Shown here: positions 1-8,222 of the stretch, piece by piece | Layout: every line of letters begins with the position of its first letter | How positions within the stretch are numbered: the stretch's first letter is position 1 | DNA from: Candidatus Falkowbacteria bacterium | GTDB taxonomy: Archaea; Iainarchaeota; Iainarchaeia; Iainarchaeales; GCA-2688035 | NCBI GenBank assembly: GCA_017610485.1 | Contig: JAFCBY010000034.1 | Coordinates: 1-25,589, forward strand | Length of the DNA stretch: 25,589 bases | Direction: 5' to 3' | Made by a program: the position numbers and the translations under genes | The notes under the pieces: model-generated | Databases searched by the model: none | Told to the model about the DNA's origin: nothing | What the model saw: only the letters and a program-made list of their open reading frames with translations

Positions 1-140
1 TGCGGGTCTTCCTGACCCGAATCAATAAGAATGCCTTCAACAACAAAAGCCCTCGGGGGCTGGGCAAGCAAAACAAGCAATGCCACCACAATTGCGGTAG
101 TTGCAATCGCCGCAGCCGCCAACAGAAACTTTCTTCGCAT
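1..140 (-). CDS. Partial CDS (5' end only), N-terminal signal/TM anchor; secreted or membrane-anchored hypothetical protein
   Basis: ATG at 140 reads MRRKFLLAAAAIATTAIVVALLVLLAQPPRAFVVEGILIDSGQEDP and is open to the window edge; basic N-terminus followed by a hydrophobic stretch. Confidence 0.7.
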   Translation of the reverse strand, partial: MRRKFLLAAAAIATTAIVVALLVLLAQPPRAFVVEGILIDSGQEDP

Positions 141-168
141 AATCAAAAAACCCCAATAAACACATTTC

Positions 169-804
169 TTACTTGTAAAGCTCGGCGTTGAACTTTTCAA
201 GCTCTTCCCTGTTGAGAAGCTTGTGGATTGAACTGCTGTACTTTTGGACCATGTCGGCCACTTCCATCAGGCCGTCCTGTAGGTCCTGGGCGGAAAACTC
301 GATCTTGGCAGGCTTTACAACCTCCAAGCTGCTTGGCCCGTAGAAGAAGAGAAACCTCATAAGGGAGGCAAAGTCCTTTACGCTGAAGTTCATTTCAAGG
401 TAAGTGCTGTAGTAAGCTTCCTGCTTTTCGATCTGGGCTCTGTCAAGGTTGTAGAGCGTGAAATTCTTGTCCTTGTTTAAGGCCTCCTCAATGTTGGAAA
501 CCTGCTTTTTTAGGAGGTCCTCTTCAACCGCCTGCAGCTCAATAAAGGCCCTAATCCTCAGCTTGTTAAAATCGGATTCGGCAATCTTCTTCCTCTTCTG
601 GACTTCCTGGGCGATGTTCTTCTTCAAGGCATACTTTGTTGGAAAGCCCTGCTTTTCAATTACGCCGAGCTTTATCATTGCCCTCAATTCATCGGTTAGC
701 TTGTTGAAAGGGATATTCAACTGGCCGTTCAGGTCCTCTGCTGTTTTGGGGCCGTGGATCAATAACAGGGCAATTCTCTTCTGTTCCTCGCTAAACCTAG
801 GCAT
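169..804 (-). CDS. Winged-HTH (TrmB/ArsR-like) domain protein with conserved C-terminal domain of unknown function
   Basis: MPRFSEEQKRIALLLIHGPKTAEDLNGQLNIPFNKLTDELRAMIKLGVIEK fits a wHTH pattern. ATG at 804 chosen because TTTAAAAA lies 26-33 nt upstream on the minus strand. Confidence 0.7.
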   Translation of the reverse strand: MPRFSEEQKRIALLLIHGPKTAEDLNGQLNIPFNKLTDELRAMIKLGVIEKQGFPTKYALKKNIAQEVQKRKKIAESDFNKLRIRAFIELQAVEEDLLKKQVSNIEEALNKDKNFTLYNLDRAQIEKQEAYYSTYLEMNFSVKDFASLMRFLFFYGPSSLEVVKPAKIEFSAQDLQDGLMEVADMVQKYSSSIHKLLNREELEKFNAELYK

Positions 805-915
805 AGTAAAAAAATCAGCCCTGAAAAGATTTTTAAACTGCACTCAAAGAGCCAAAAGGCAGGATTCCCAAAAAAAAGATCAAATTAAAACCATTTCTTG
901 CAAATAATACAGTAC

Positions 916-1254
916 ATGTTTTCAATTCCTGTTCTCGACATTCCCGTTCCGGACGAACTTCTAAGCGGCCTTGGCGAAAAGGCGGCAGAAAATGTGGGAA
1001 CTGCGGCAATAAACCTCGCAGGAAATCCTGTTGTTTTGGTGGGCGGAATAGTTCTCGTAATTGCGGCAATACTGATTTTCCTGTTCCTGAAAAAAATAAT
1101 AATAAACAGTGTTCTTGGAATAGCGGCCTGGGCCATCCTGATGTTCGTGTTCCAAGTAGAGCTCCCTCTAGTCCCAAGTTTTGCGGTGAGTGCCATCTTC
1201 GGCCTGGCAGGAATAGGGGTTATGCTTGTCCTAAGATTCTTCGGAATGGTTTAG
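916..1254 (+). CDS. Small multi-pass membrane protein (BofA-like)
   Basis: Three hydrophobic segments; LLKKIIINSVLG...SAIFGLAGIGVMLVL pattern resembles pro-sigmaK processing inhibitor BofA-family proteins of archaea. ATG at 916. Confidence 0.6.
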   Translation: MFSIPVLDIPVPDELLSGLGEKAAENVGTAAINLAGNPVVLVGGIVLVIAAILIFLFLKKIIINSVLGIAAWAILMFVFQVELPLVPSFAVSAIFGLAGIGVMLVLRFFGMV

Positions 1255-1260
1255 CAGGTT

Positions 1261-3648
1261 TCACACAATTATGCCTGTCTTGGCACCGCATTCCCCACAC
1301 TCGCCGTCCTTTCCCAAGCCAAGAGACTTAGAGGCAAAGCCAGCCCTCTTGATCAGGACAGCGCCGCACTCCGGGCACTTCGTGGATTCCCCTTCCAAAA
1401 CATTGCCAACATACACATACTTGAGTCCGGCCTTTTTCGCAGCCCTCTTTGCCCTGTGCAATTTCTCAATTCCGGTCGGCGGCAAGTGGCTTAGCTTGTA
1501 CTGGGGCGAGAAGCGCGTGAAGTGCAAGGGAACAAGAGGGGAAAGGGATGCAACAAAGCTGCTGACATCCTCAAAGTCTTTCTGCTTATCATTGTACCCA
1601 GGCACAATCAGATTTGTCACTTCCAAATGAATTTTCTTTTTGTGCAAGTAGGCAATGTTTTCCTTGACAAAATTTATGTCTGCGTTTCCAACAATTTCCC
1701 TGTAGAATTTTACGTTCCCCTTGAGGTCAACGTTGATTGCGTCGAGGAAGGGCGCAATCTCATCAATGCATTCCAGCGTCATGTAACCATTACTGACCCA
1801 AACATTGTACAGGCCCTTCTTCCTCGCAAGCTTCATTGTCTCCAAAGCATACTCCGCAAAGATTGCTGGCTCAGTATAGGTGTATGCAATTCCCTCCACG
1901 CCAGTCGCAAGGGCCTGCTCAACAATTGCTTCGGGAGAGGTGAAAGGGACTTTGGCAATTGCCTCCTCACTGCGCTGCTGGCTCATGTTCCAATTCTGAC
2001 AATTTGCAACAGCAACAAAATTTGCTAAATAAGAGTGCTCTTTTTCAACTTCAAGATTGTAAACAGAACCCTCATAGAGAGACCTCTTTATCCAATTTAT
2101 GGGAAGCAAAAAATAATCCTCTTTTTCAATCGCCTTTTTGTTTTGGGTTTCTTTTTCGTGGTAATCTGTCTGTTCTAGGAATTTTTTTGGATTTGACACG
2201 GCTATTTTAACATAATAGAGGGTTGACTGAGAAACCGTTCTATCCTCTATCTTTTTAGTTTTAGGAGGCCTCCAAATGTAAAACCTTGGAATTTCTCCAA
2301 GATTCAGCATAAGGGCACAAAGTCCAAATGCCAAATTCTCTGAAACTGTATTCATACTAATAATGCGATTTCCTATCCAGCCATCGCCTGCAACATAGCC
2401 CCTCAAGAAGGCTTTTGTTGTTCTCTTATCTGCAGATATCAACTCAGGGGGAATAAATTTGCTTTTAGCATTATAACCAACAAGAGATTTGAACAAAATA
2501 GAAACTATTGAATTGCCGACTGTGAGATAGAGGCCTGTACGTTCAGTTTTAATACGAGAGGAAACACCAAAAATTTTTAACAAAAGTCTTTGAACTTCTT
2601 TTATGTATTTTAGTTCATGTTTCCCAAATGAAAAACGGGTATAATAAGAATTTGGCCTACTTTTCAAAGATGTAACAGAACCCTCTGCACAGTAATAGCC
2701 CAAAAGCTTTGCAAAATCCGAATCAAATTTTATAAATCGTTTTACCTCGTGTTTAGAGTGTTTGAACCTTATTTTTTTTTCTTTGATTTCAATGCCACCC
2801 CTATATTCAAATAGATGAGGAAAGCCATATTTTCTTATTTTTGAAATTAAGTACCTCAAATAAACTGGATGCATGTCAAATTTCTTTCCAAGTTCTCTGG
2901 AAGTTAAACCAGCAGAATAAAGTGAAAAGATTTCTTCGGCTTTTTTTGCATCATATTTCCAAGCATTTTTCTTGAACAATGTTGAATGCTGCTTGAAAAA
3001 CTCTGCCAAGTCAAGGGTCTTTTTTTGCTCTGAAAAAGTTTTTTTTGGAACAAGAAGCAAATCGCCTTCCTCTAATTCGACAGCAAGTCTAGTCGATATT
3101 TCTCCCGTAGGCTTTGCAACAAATATTTCGTGATTGGGAGTGCATCTAAAAGAAGGTAAATAAAACGGTTTTATTTCCAATAGCTCGCCATCATAAAAAT
3201 GCTCAAAGCCGTGGACAAGTTTGTAAAAGTCCGATGTGTGAGTAAGCACTTTAGAATGCTTAAATTTCCTAATACTAACATTTCCAAAGTTATCAAGGCC
3301 CTCAGCGGTATGGAAAAGCTCCCTTATAGGCCTAACACCGCTGCTTGAAAAGACCCTCGTTTCAGCTGGAAAGCAGTGCTTGCAGAAGAAGTTGCAGCCA
3401 AAGGTCGAAACTCCAAGGCACTGGGAGCCTGGCCTAAAGTGGTAAAGCGGCTTTTTTTCAATTGGGTCAACTGACATTGTCAAGGTTCGGCCAAAGACAA
3501 GGCTGTACAGTTTGCCGCCAACATTCTTGCGAACACCGCACTGGCCCCTTCCACCCTCAGCAATTGTACAGTTTCTCCTGCAAAGCCTGCATTTTACTTT
3601 CTTGTCCTCAAGTTTGCTGTAAAGCATTGCCTCATGCAGTTCAGGCAT
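1261..3648 (-). CDS. amrS: AmmeMemoRadiSam system radical SAM enzyme (PflA-like) containing an intein
   Basis: N-terminal CxxCxxxC...GxCGVR, DPIEKKPLYHF, GCNFFCKH|CQN motif, YTYTEP, NVDLKG, C-terminal CPECG...CGECG. Extein is 337 aa after removing the 458-aa intein. Confidence 0.93.
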   Translation of the reverse strand: MPELHEAMLYSKLEDKKVKCRLCRRNCTIAEGGRGQCGVRKNVGGKLYSLVFGRTLTMSVDPIEKKPLYHFRPGSQCLGVSTFGCNFFCKHCFPAETRVFSSSGVRPIRELFHTAEGLDNFGNVSIRKFKHSKVLTHTSDFYKLVHGFEHFYDGELLEIKPFYLPSFRCTPNHEIFVAKPTGEISTRLAVELEEGDLLLVPKKTFSEQKKTLDLAEFFKQHSTLFKKNAWKYDAKKAEEIFSLYSAGLTSRELGKKFDMHPVYLRYLISKIRKYGFPHLFEYRGGIEIKEKKIRFKHSKHEVKRFIKFDSDFAKLLGYYCAEGSVTSLKSRPNSYYTRFSFGKHELKYIKEVQRLLLKIFGVSSRIKTERTGLYLTVGNSIVSILFKSLVGYNAKSKFIPPELISADKRTTKAFLRGYVAGDGWIGNRIISMNTVSENLAFGLCALMLNLGEIPRFYIWRPPKTKKIEDRTVSQSTLYYVKIAVSNPKKFLEQTDYHEKETQNKKAIEKEDYFLLPINWIKRSLYEGSVYNLEVEKEHSYLANFVAVANCQNWNMSQQRSEEAIAKVPFTSPEAIVEQALATGVEGIAYTYTEPAIFAEYALETMKLARKKGLYNVWVSNGYMTLECIDEIAPFLDAINVDLKGNVKFYREIVGNADINFVKENIAYLHKKKIHLEVTNLIVPGYNDKQKDFEDVSSFVASLSPLVPLHFTRFSPQYKLSHLPPTGIEKLHRAKRAAKKAGLKYVYVGNVLEGESTKCPECGAVLIKRAGFASKSLGLGKDGECGECGAKTGIIV
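2002..3375 (-). mobile_element. Intein with LAGLIDADG homing endonuclease (458 aa) in amrS
   Basis: Starts CFPAETRV (block A); TPNHEIF (block B); LAGLIDADG-like motifs LLGYYCAEGS and FLRGYVAGDG; VYNLEVEKEHSYLANFVAVAN|C (blocks F/G). Visibly AT-richer than the flanks. Confidence 0.95.
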
Positions 3649-3689
3649 AAAGGATTCTTTTTATAGGAAGTTATTAACTATATTTCATT
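3649..3689. promoter_or_regulatory. Overlapping divergent TATA-like promoters (leaderless)
   Basis: TTTTTATA at 3659-3666 lies 24-31 nt before ATG 3690 (+); TTAATAA on the minus strand at 3673-3679 lies 25-31 nt before ATG 3648. Confidence 0.5.
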
Positions 3690-4523
3690 ATGCTCAATCG
3701 GAGAAAAAGAACCGTCTTGAAGCAAAGAGCTAGCGGGATAGACCAAAGCCGTACAGCAGGAGCAAATTCAAATAGGGGGCCAGGCTTGGGGCGAAACCAT
3801 TCGCCAAAAGGCCCGATAAGAAGACGAGGCCTGAGAAAAGGCCTTGGAAGCAGGCCTTTGCGGAAAGAACAAGTTCTGGCGCAAATAAAAAGAACGCAGC
3901 AAAAGCAGCAAGCCGAAAGCCAAAGGCTTGCCAGCCTGCTCAGCCAGGTCAGCGAACCAGGCTTTCAAAAGGCACTGCATTCAAAGATAGCAGAGCACCT
4001 TAGGAAAATTCCTTTCAGCGAATTTGAGAAAAAGCCCGGCCCGGAAGTTGTTAGGCCGCTGGCACTCGATCTTGTAATACTTTACGCAGGAATGACAAAA
4101 TTGCGCAGCGGCGACCTGGCAAAGCTGAAAAAACTTGCCAGGGTAGAGCTGAACCCGAAGACAGGGGCTTCAAAGAAAAACGAAAAGTTCCGCGATATAA
4201 TAGGGAAAGGAAAAGTCCTGTTCAGGGAACTGGAGGAAATGGATGCAAAGGCACACAGCCTTGCGGAAGAGAACAGGCTTCTAGAAGTATACCGGAAAAA
4301 CAGGCCTGACAAGCTCTTAGGGCGAGTAGTGATAAAGATGCCGGCAGGAAAAGAGCGCCATATCCCAAACGCTTTCGTTAGATTGCTTGTTGAAAGGGCA
4401 GCGCAGACTGCCTCAATTGCCTTGGCAGACTCCTTGGCAACGCTCAAGCTGGTTCAGGGAAAGCCACTCAAATTTAAAGGGAAGAAAATATATCTGCCCT
4501 TTACAACGCCTAAAGGAGACTGA
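3690..4523 (+). CDS. Highly basic hypothetical protein (ORFan)
   Basis: 277-aa ORF filling the gap between amrS and endoQ; Arg/Lys-rich low-complexity N-terminus; no recognisable motif. Confidence 0.65.
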   Translation: MLNRRKRTVLKQRASGIDQSRTAGANSNRGPGLGRNHSPKGPIRRRGLRKGLGSRPLRKEQVLAQIKRTQQKQQAESQRLASLLSQVSEPGFQKALHSKIAEHLRKIPFSEFEKKPGPEVVRPLALDLVILYAGMTKLRSGDLAKLKKLARVELNPKTGASKKNEKFRDIIGKGKVLFRELEEMDAKAHSLAEENRLLEVYRKNRPDKLLGRVVIKMPAGKERHIPNAFVRLLVERAAQTASIALADSLATLKLVQGKPLKFKGKKIYLPFTTPKGD

Positions 4524-4530
4524 ATTAAAG

Positions 4531-5817
4531 ATGACCGAATTCAACTGCGACCTTCACTTCCACGGCCCTTACAGCACAGGGGTTTCCAAGAACATGCTGA
4601 TTCCAATAATTGCGGAGCAGAGCAAGTTGAAGGGATTGCATGTTTGCGGCATGGCAGACATGCTGCAGGGCACCTGGTTCAAGCACCTGAAAGAGAACAT
4701 TGTGGAAAGGGAGAACGGAATCTTCGTTGACAAGAAGGAACAGGTTAACTTCATTCCACAGGTCGAGCTCCAGTGCAGCAAGAGAATTCACCACCTTGTT
4801 TTCCTGCCGGACTTTTCCGCGGCCGAGAACTTGAAGGCCTCGCTTGAGGGCAAAGCAGTCTTTGACAGCTGGGGATGCGGCAGGCCAGTTGTAAGACTTT
4901 CCCCGGAAGAGCTTGCAGGCAAGGTTTTTGACGCAGGCGGAATTATTGGGCCGGCCCACGCCTTCACACCCTACTTTTCTGTTTACGCTTTCTTTGACAG
5001 CGTGAAGGAAGCCTATGGAAGCATGGGGGAAAAGATTAGCTTTCTGGAATTGGGCTTGAGCGCTGACACAGACTTTGCTGACAAAATTCCAGAAAACAGG
5101 CAGTACCAATTTCTTACAAATTCCGACTCCCACAGCCCCTGGCCTTACAGGATTGGACGGGAGTTTACAAGAATTGAGATGAAGGAGCCCTCCTTTAAGG
5201 AGCTAAGGAAAGCACTTGAGGAAAAGGAGGGGAAGAGAATTAAGCTGAATGTGGGTCTGGACCCAAGGGAGGGAAAGTACCACATGACAGCCTGCAACGT
5301 ATGCTATTCAAAATTCTCTTTGGAGCAGGCAAATGCCTTGAACTGGAGATGCCCAAAGTGCAAGGGCAGCATTAAGAGGGGTGTTAGGGACAGGATTGAA
5401 ATGCTTTCAGACAGTTCCTCAAAGAGCCCTGATTTCAGGCCAAAGTACATGCACACCGTGCCGCTTGCCGAAATAATCCAGATTGCCTTGGACGTCAAGG
5501 GGATTAACACCAAGACTGTTCAAGGCCTGTGGCAGGATTTTGTGGAAAGATTCAAAACAGAAATAAATGTTCTTGTTGACGTGCCGGAAGAAGAGCTCAA
5601 AGAGTTTAACCCAAGGGTTGGGCAAAAGGTGGCTTCCTTCAGGAAAGGCTGGGTGCACTACATTCCAGGAGGAGGAGGAAACTACGGCAAGCCCGTGATT
5701 TGGGATTCACAGGAAGAGTTTGAAAAGAGGGGAAAGCAGCTTAGGGAAGAGACCAGGGAGAAAGAGGACTTCAAAGGGCAGAAGACGCTTGGCGAATTCC
5801 AGGAAAAAAATAAATAG
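4531..5817 (+). CDS. endoQ: Endonuclease Q family (TIGR00375; PHP domain + C4 zinc finger) with C-terminal PIP box
   Basis: DLHFH, EL..HHL, AHAFTP, ELGLSAD, NSDSHS, REGKYHxTACxxC...CPKC...GVRDRI; C-terminal QKTLGEF. ATG at 4531. Confidence 0.88.
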   Translation: MTEFNCDLHFHGPYSTGVSKNMLIPIIAEQSKLKGLHVCGMADMLQGTWFKHLKENIVERENGIFVDKKEQVNFIPQVELQCSKRIHHLVFLPDFSAAENLKASLEGKAVFDSWGCGRPVVRLSPEELAGKVFDAGGIIGPAHAFTPYFSVYAFFDSVKEAYGSMGEKISFLELGLSADTDFADKIPENRQYQFLTNSDSHSPWPYRIGREFTRIEMKEPSFKELRKALEEKEGKRIKLNVGLDPREGKYHMTACNVCYSKFSLEQANALNWRCPKCKGSIKRGVRDRIEMLSDSSSKSPDFRPKYMHTVPLAEIIQIALDVKGINTKTVQGLWQDFVERFKTEINVLVDVPEEELKEFNPRVGQKVASFRKGWVHYIPGGGGNYGKPVIWDSQEEFEKRGKQLREETREKEDFKGQKTLGEFQEKNK

Positions 5818-5838
5818 GATTGGGGAGAATAATTGTTT

Positions 5839-6444
5839 ATGAGAAGAGCCGGGAAAAGGGAGATAGTAGTAAAAAGAGTAAAGGTTAAACCGGAAGTTTT
5901 TTTCGCAGAACATTGGACTATAGCCCATTCAGAGGCAACCGCTGTTTGGAAGAGAAGAGGTGCCAGAGCCACCCTGAAGAATAAGGGTTTTTCAAGCGAG
6001 GCCGAGTTTCTTGAAGAAGCCAAGAGCAGGCTGTGGAGGCTTGCAAATAAAATTTCAAACACAGGTTATGTTGTAAAGCCGGAGGAATTGAAGGCAGTTG
6101 TAGAAGGCATGTTAAACAGAGGGTGGATTAAAAGTGGTTTGCTTGGAAGACACGTGCTAAAAGCTGCCCTTAAAATAATTTTGAACTCTGAAAAAACAAA
6201 GCATCAGGCAAGAGAAATCTTCTATACAGCTGCTAAACAATTACGGGTTGCTGACACGCATTGGAATATTTTTTGTGACGTGTACGGACTTGAAGGGACA
6301 AAAAAATCCATGAAGGCTATTTGCAACGAGTACAAATTGGCCCCATTTAAAATTAAAAGAATTACTGGGCTAGTTTCAGATGAGCTGCTGACAAAGAGGC
6401 CAGTGAAAACGTTCTTAACCGGAATTCTCAAGAGCAAAAAATAG
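5839..6444 (+). CDS. Basic hypothetical protein with C-terminal sigma70 region-4-like HTH
   Basis: WNIFCDVYGLEGTKKSMKAICNEYKLAPFKIKRI matches the hydrophobic pattern of sigma70 r4 (VLxxRFGLDG...TLxEIxxxLxIxxxRVRQI). Confidence 0.55.
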   Translation: MRRAGKREIVVKRVKVKPEVFFAEHWTIAHSEATAVWKRRGARATLKNKGFSSEAEFLEEAKSRLWRLANKISNTGYVVKPEELKAVVEGMLNRGWIKSGLLGRHVLKAALKIILNSEKTKHQAREIFYTAAKQLRVADTHWNIFCDVYGLEGTKKSMKAICNEYKLAPFKIKRITGLVSDELLTKRPVKTFLTGILKSKK

Positions 6445-6458
6445 AAAATGACTGGGCC

Positions 6459-7235
6459 TTACCTCACATAGCTCGGCCCGTCCGCAGGCATCTTTTCCTC
6501 AACTTCCTCGAACTGCCTTGCGAGCTTTTCAAATGCAGCCTCAATGTTTTTGGCTTCCCTTTCAATGCCCTGCATGTTTACCTTGAAGCCAAACTTTTTC
6601 ACAAGAAGCTCAATCAGCTTTTTGGCCGCGCCGTGATCCCCGTAGACAAGCTTTGCGTTTGTTTCGCCCATTAAACAGGCGCCCTCCAGGCCGTGCTGTT
6701 GCGCAATGCCAAGAAGCAGGCCAGCTGCGCCGCTTATCAAACCCTCTTGCTGGTCCGACTTTGCACCCAACTTCTTGAATTCCTCAAGAATCTTTTTGTT
6801 TGTTGCAGCCACAACCACGTTTGGCTGCTTTCCCATTCGCTTGTCTCCAATGTTTATTCCTGCAAGGGTGAAGACCTGCTTTACACCAAGCTTTTTCACC
6901 GCCTGGATAATTGTTTCCGCAAAGTCGTAGTGCTGCTCGCCGCTCCCTGCCCTAAAGTCAAGGCTTGGCTGCACTGGCCCGGCCAAAAAAAGCACGTGCC
7001 TTTTGCCGTGCTTGAAGGAAAACAGCTGGTCTTTTATGAGCTCTATCTCACCCTGCTTTGTGTGGACTGCCGGCGGAAAGGAATCAGAGTAAATTTCTGC
7101 CAAAAGCCCTGTTTTGAACTGCTTTAAAAAGTAGTCCACGCAGATCTTCCCCACAAGGCCAATGCCTGGCAAGCCAACAAACAGCACTGGGTTTGAGAGC
7201 TTTTCCTTTTTTGCAAATGCGATGTGTGTAGCCAT
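6459..7235 (-). CDS. Proteasome assembly chaperone family protein (PAC2)
   Basis: NPVLFVGLPGIGLVGKI, ISGAAGLLLG, GACLMGET, DHGAAK; conserved position after eIF2a. Confidence 0.92.
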   Translation of the reverse strand: MATHIAFAKKEKLSNPVLFVGLPGIGLVGKICVDYFLKQFKTGLLAEIYSDSFPPAVHTKQGEIELIKDQLFSFKHGKRHVLFLAGPVQPSLDFRAGSGEQHYDFAETIIQAVKKLGVKQVFTLAGINIGDKRMGKQPNVVVAATNKKILEEFKKLGAKSDQQEGLISGAAGLLLGIAQQHGLEGACLMGETNAKLVYGDHGAAKKLIELLVKKFGFKVNMQGIEREAKNIEAAFEKLARQFEEVEEKMPADGPSYVR

Positions 7236-7237
7236 GT

Positions 7238-8011
7238 TCACTCACTCCTTTCAAAGCTTGATTCTCCGCCAAAGGACTTTATCTCCTTTGCAAGCGTTTC
7301 AACGACTTTGTTGAGGCTTTTTTCGGCCTGCTTGAAGTCGGGGGCTGTTACTTTCAGGGCGTACTTTCCGCCCCCCTTGTAGAAGAGCTTAGTGTTCTTT
7401 GCGGCCTTTTCTGCCTTTTCAAGAGCTAGCTTTATTTTGTCTATTGCATCCGGCTTGAGAAGCTTTATTGAAAGAACCCCCTTGAGGGTTTTTTCCGGAA
7501 CCGAAACATTTTTCTTCACCAGTTCAAGCAGGGGCTGCATCAATTCCTTGTCCACACCCTTTGCCGCCATCTCCCCCTTTACCACGATTTCCAGGAACGC
7601 CTCTGCCAGCGTCTCATAATTTTCGAGCAACGGCTTTGCAACCTTTTCCCATACCTCGTCCTCTTCTTTTTTCTGCTCCTTTGCAAGGTTTTCAAGCATT
7701 TTTCTGCATCTTTTCAGCTGTTTCCATTCCTCTATCCTTGCCCTTTGGGCGTTGGACGAAACCTTTGTGAAGGAAAGGTCGATTTGTTTTCTGTCCCTGT
7801 TTATTGAGAGAACTTTTGCCGCCCTTATCTGACCCTCCTTTACGTGGTTCCTTATGTTCTTCACCCAACGAGTTGCCACCTGGCTTACGTGCACAAAGCC
7901 CTTTTCGTTGCCGTATTCCACCAGCTCGGCAAAGGCCCCGTAGTTTAGAACCTGCTTTACTTTGCAGACAACTATCTCGCCCGGCTCTGGCAACTCGTGC
8001 TCTTCGTTCAT
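7238..8011 (-). CDS. eif2a: Translation initiation factor 2 alpha subunit
   Basis: S1 domain LPEPGEIVVCKV...YGAFAEL.EY..KGFVHVSQVATRWVKNIR...QIDLS; GGGKYALKVTAPDFK; GGTGA ribosome-binding site before ATG 8011. Confidence 0.96.
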   Translation of the reverse strand: MNEEHELPEPGEIVVCKVKQVLNYGAFAELVEYGNEKGFVHVSQVATRWVKNIRNHVKEGQIRAAKVLSINRDRKQIDLSFTKVSSNAQRARIEEWKQLKRCRKMLENLAKEQKKEEDEVWEKVAKPLLENYETLAEAFLEIVVKGEMAAKGVDKELMQPLLELVKKNVSVPEKTLKGVLSIKLLKPDAIDKIKLALEKAEKAAKNTKLFYKGGGKYALKVTAPDFKQAEKSLNKVVETLAKEIKSFGGESSFERSE

Positions 8012-8019
8012 AATCTCAC

Positions 8020-8211
8020 CTAAAAGGTCTCCGTTGGCCTTGAGCGCAGGCTTATTTTTCCCGGCCCAGGCTCTGCCAGAACTTGGTCGCAGCCAAGGCA
8101 TTTCAGGGCGCGGGTTGCGCAGCTGAAGATTATCTGCTCGTTTCCGCAGCCTTCACACTTAACCCTTACGAAAAATCCGCTTGGTTCCTTTGCAAATTGC
8201 ATTCTTTTCAT
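8020..8211 (-). CDS. rps27e: 30S ribosomal protein S27e
   Basis: FVRVKCEGCGNEQIIFS...KCLGCDQVLAEPGPGK zinc ribbon; GAGGTG RBS before ATG 8211. Confidence 0.93.
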   Translation of the reverse strand: MKRMQFAKEPSGFFVRVKCEGCGNEQIIFSCATRALKCLGCDQVLAEPGPGKISLRSRPTETF

Positions 8212-8222
8212 TTTTTCACACC

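Noticed and set aside
4387-8101. Upstream-extended starts given by the ORF track (4387 for endoQ, 8101 for eif2a; likewise 843, 8828, 12063, 15009, 15923)
   Set aside because: The extensions overlap neighbouring genes and lack homology; downstream ATGs with RBS or TATA support were used instead.
8020-8101. Possible frameshift in the rps27e 3' end (alternate frame GKNKPALKANGDLLG)
   Set aside because: The annotated frame (GKISLRSRPTETF) already aligns in length and pattern with the S27e C-terminus.
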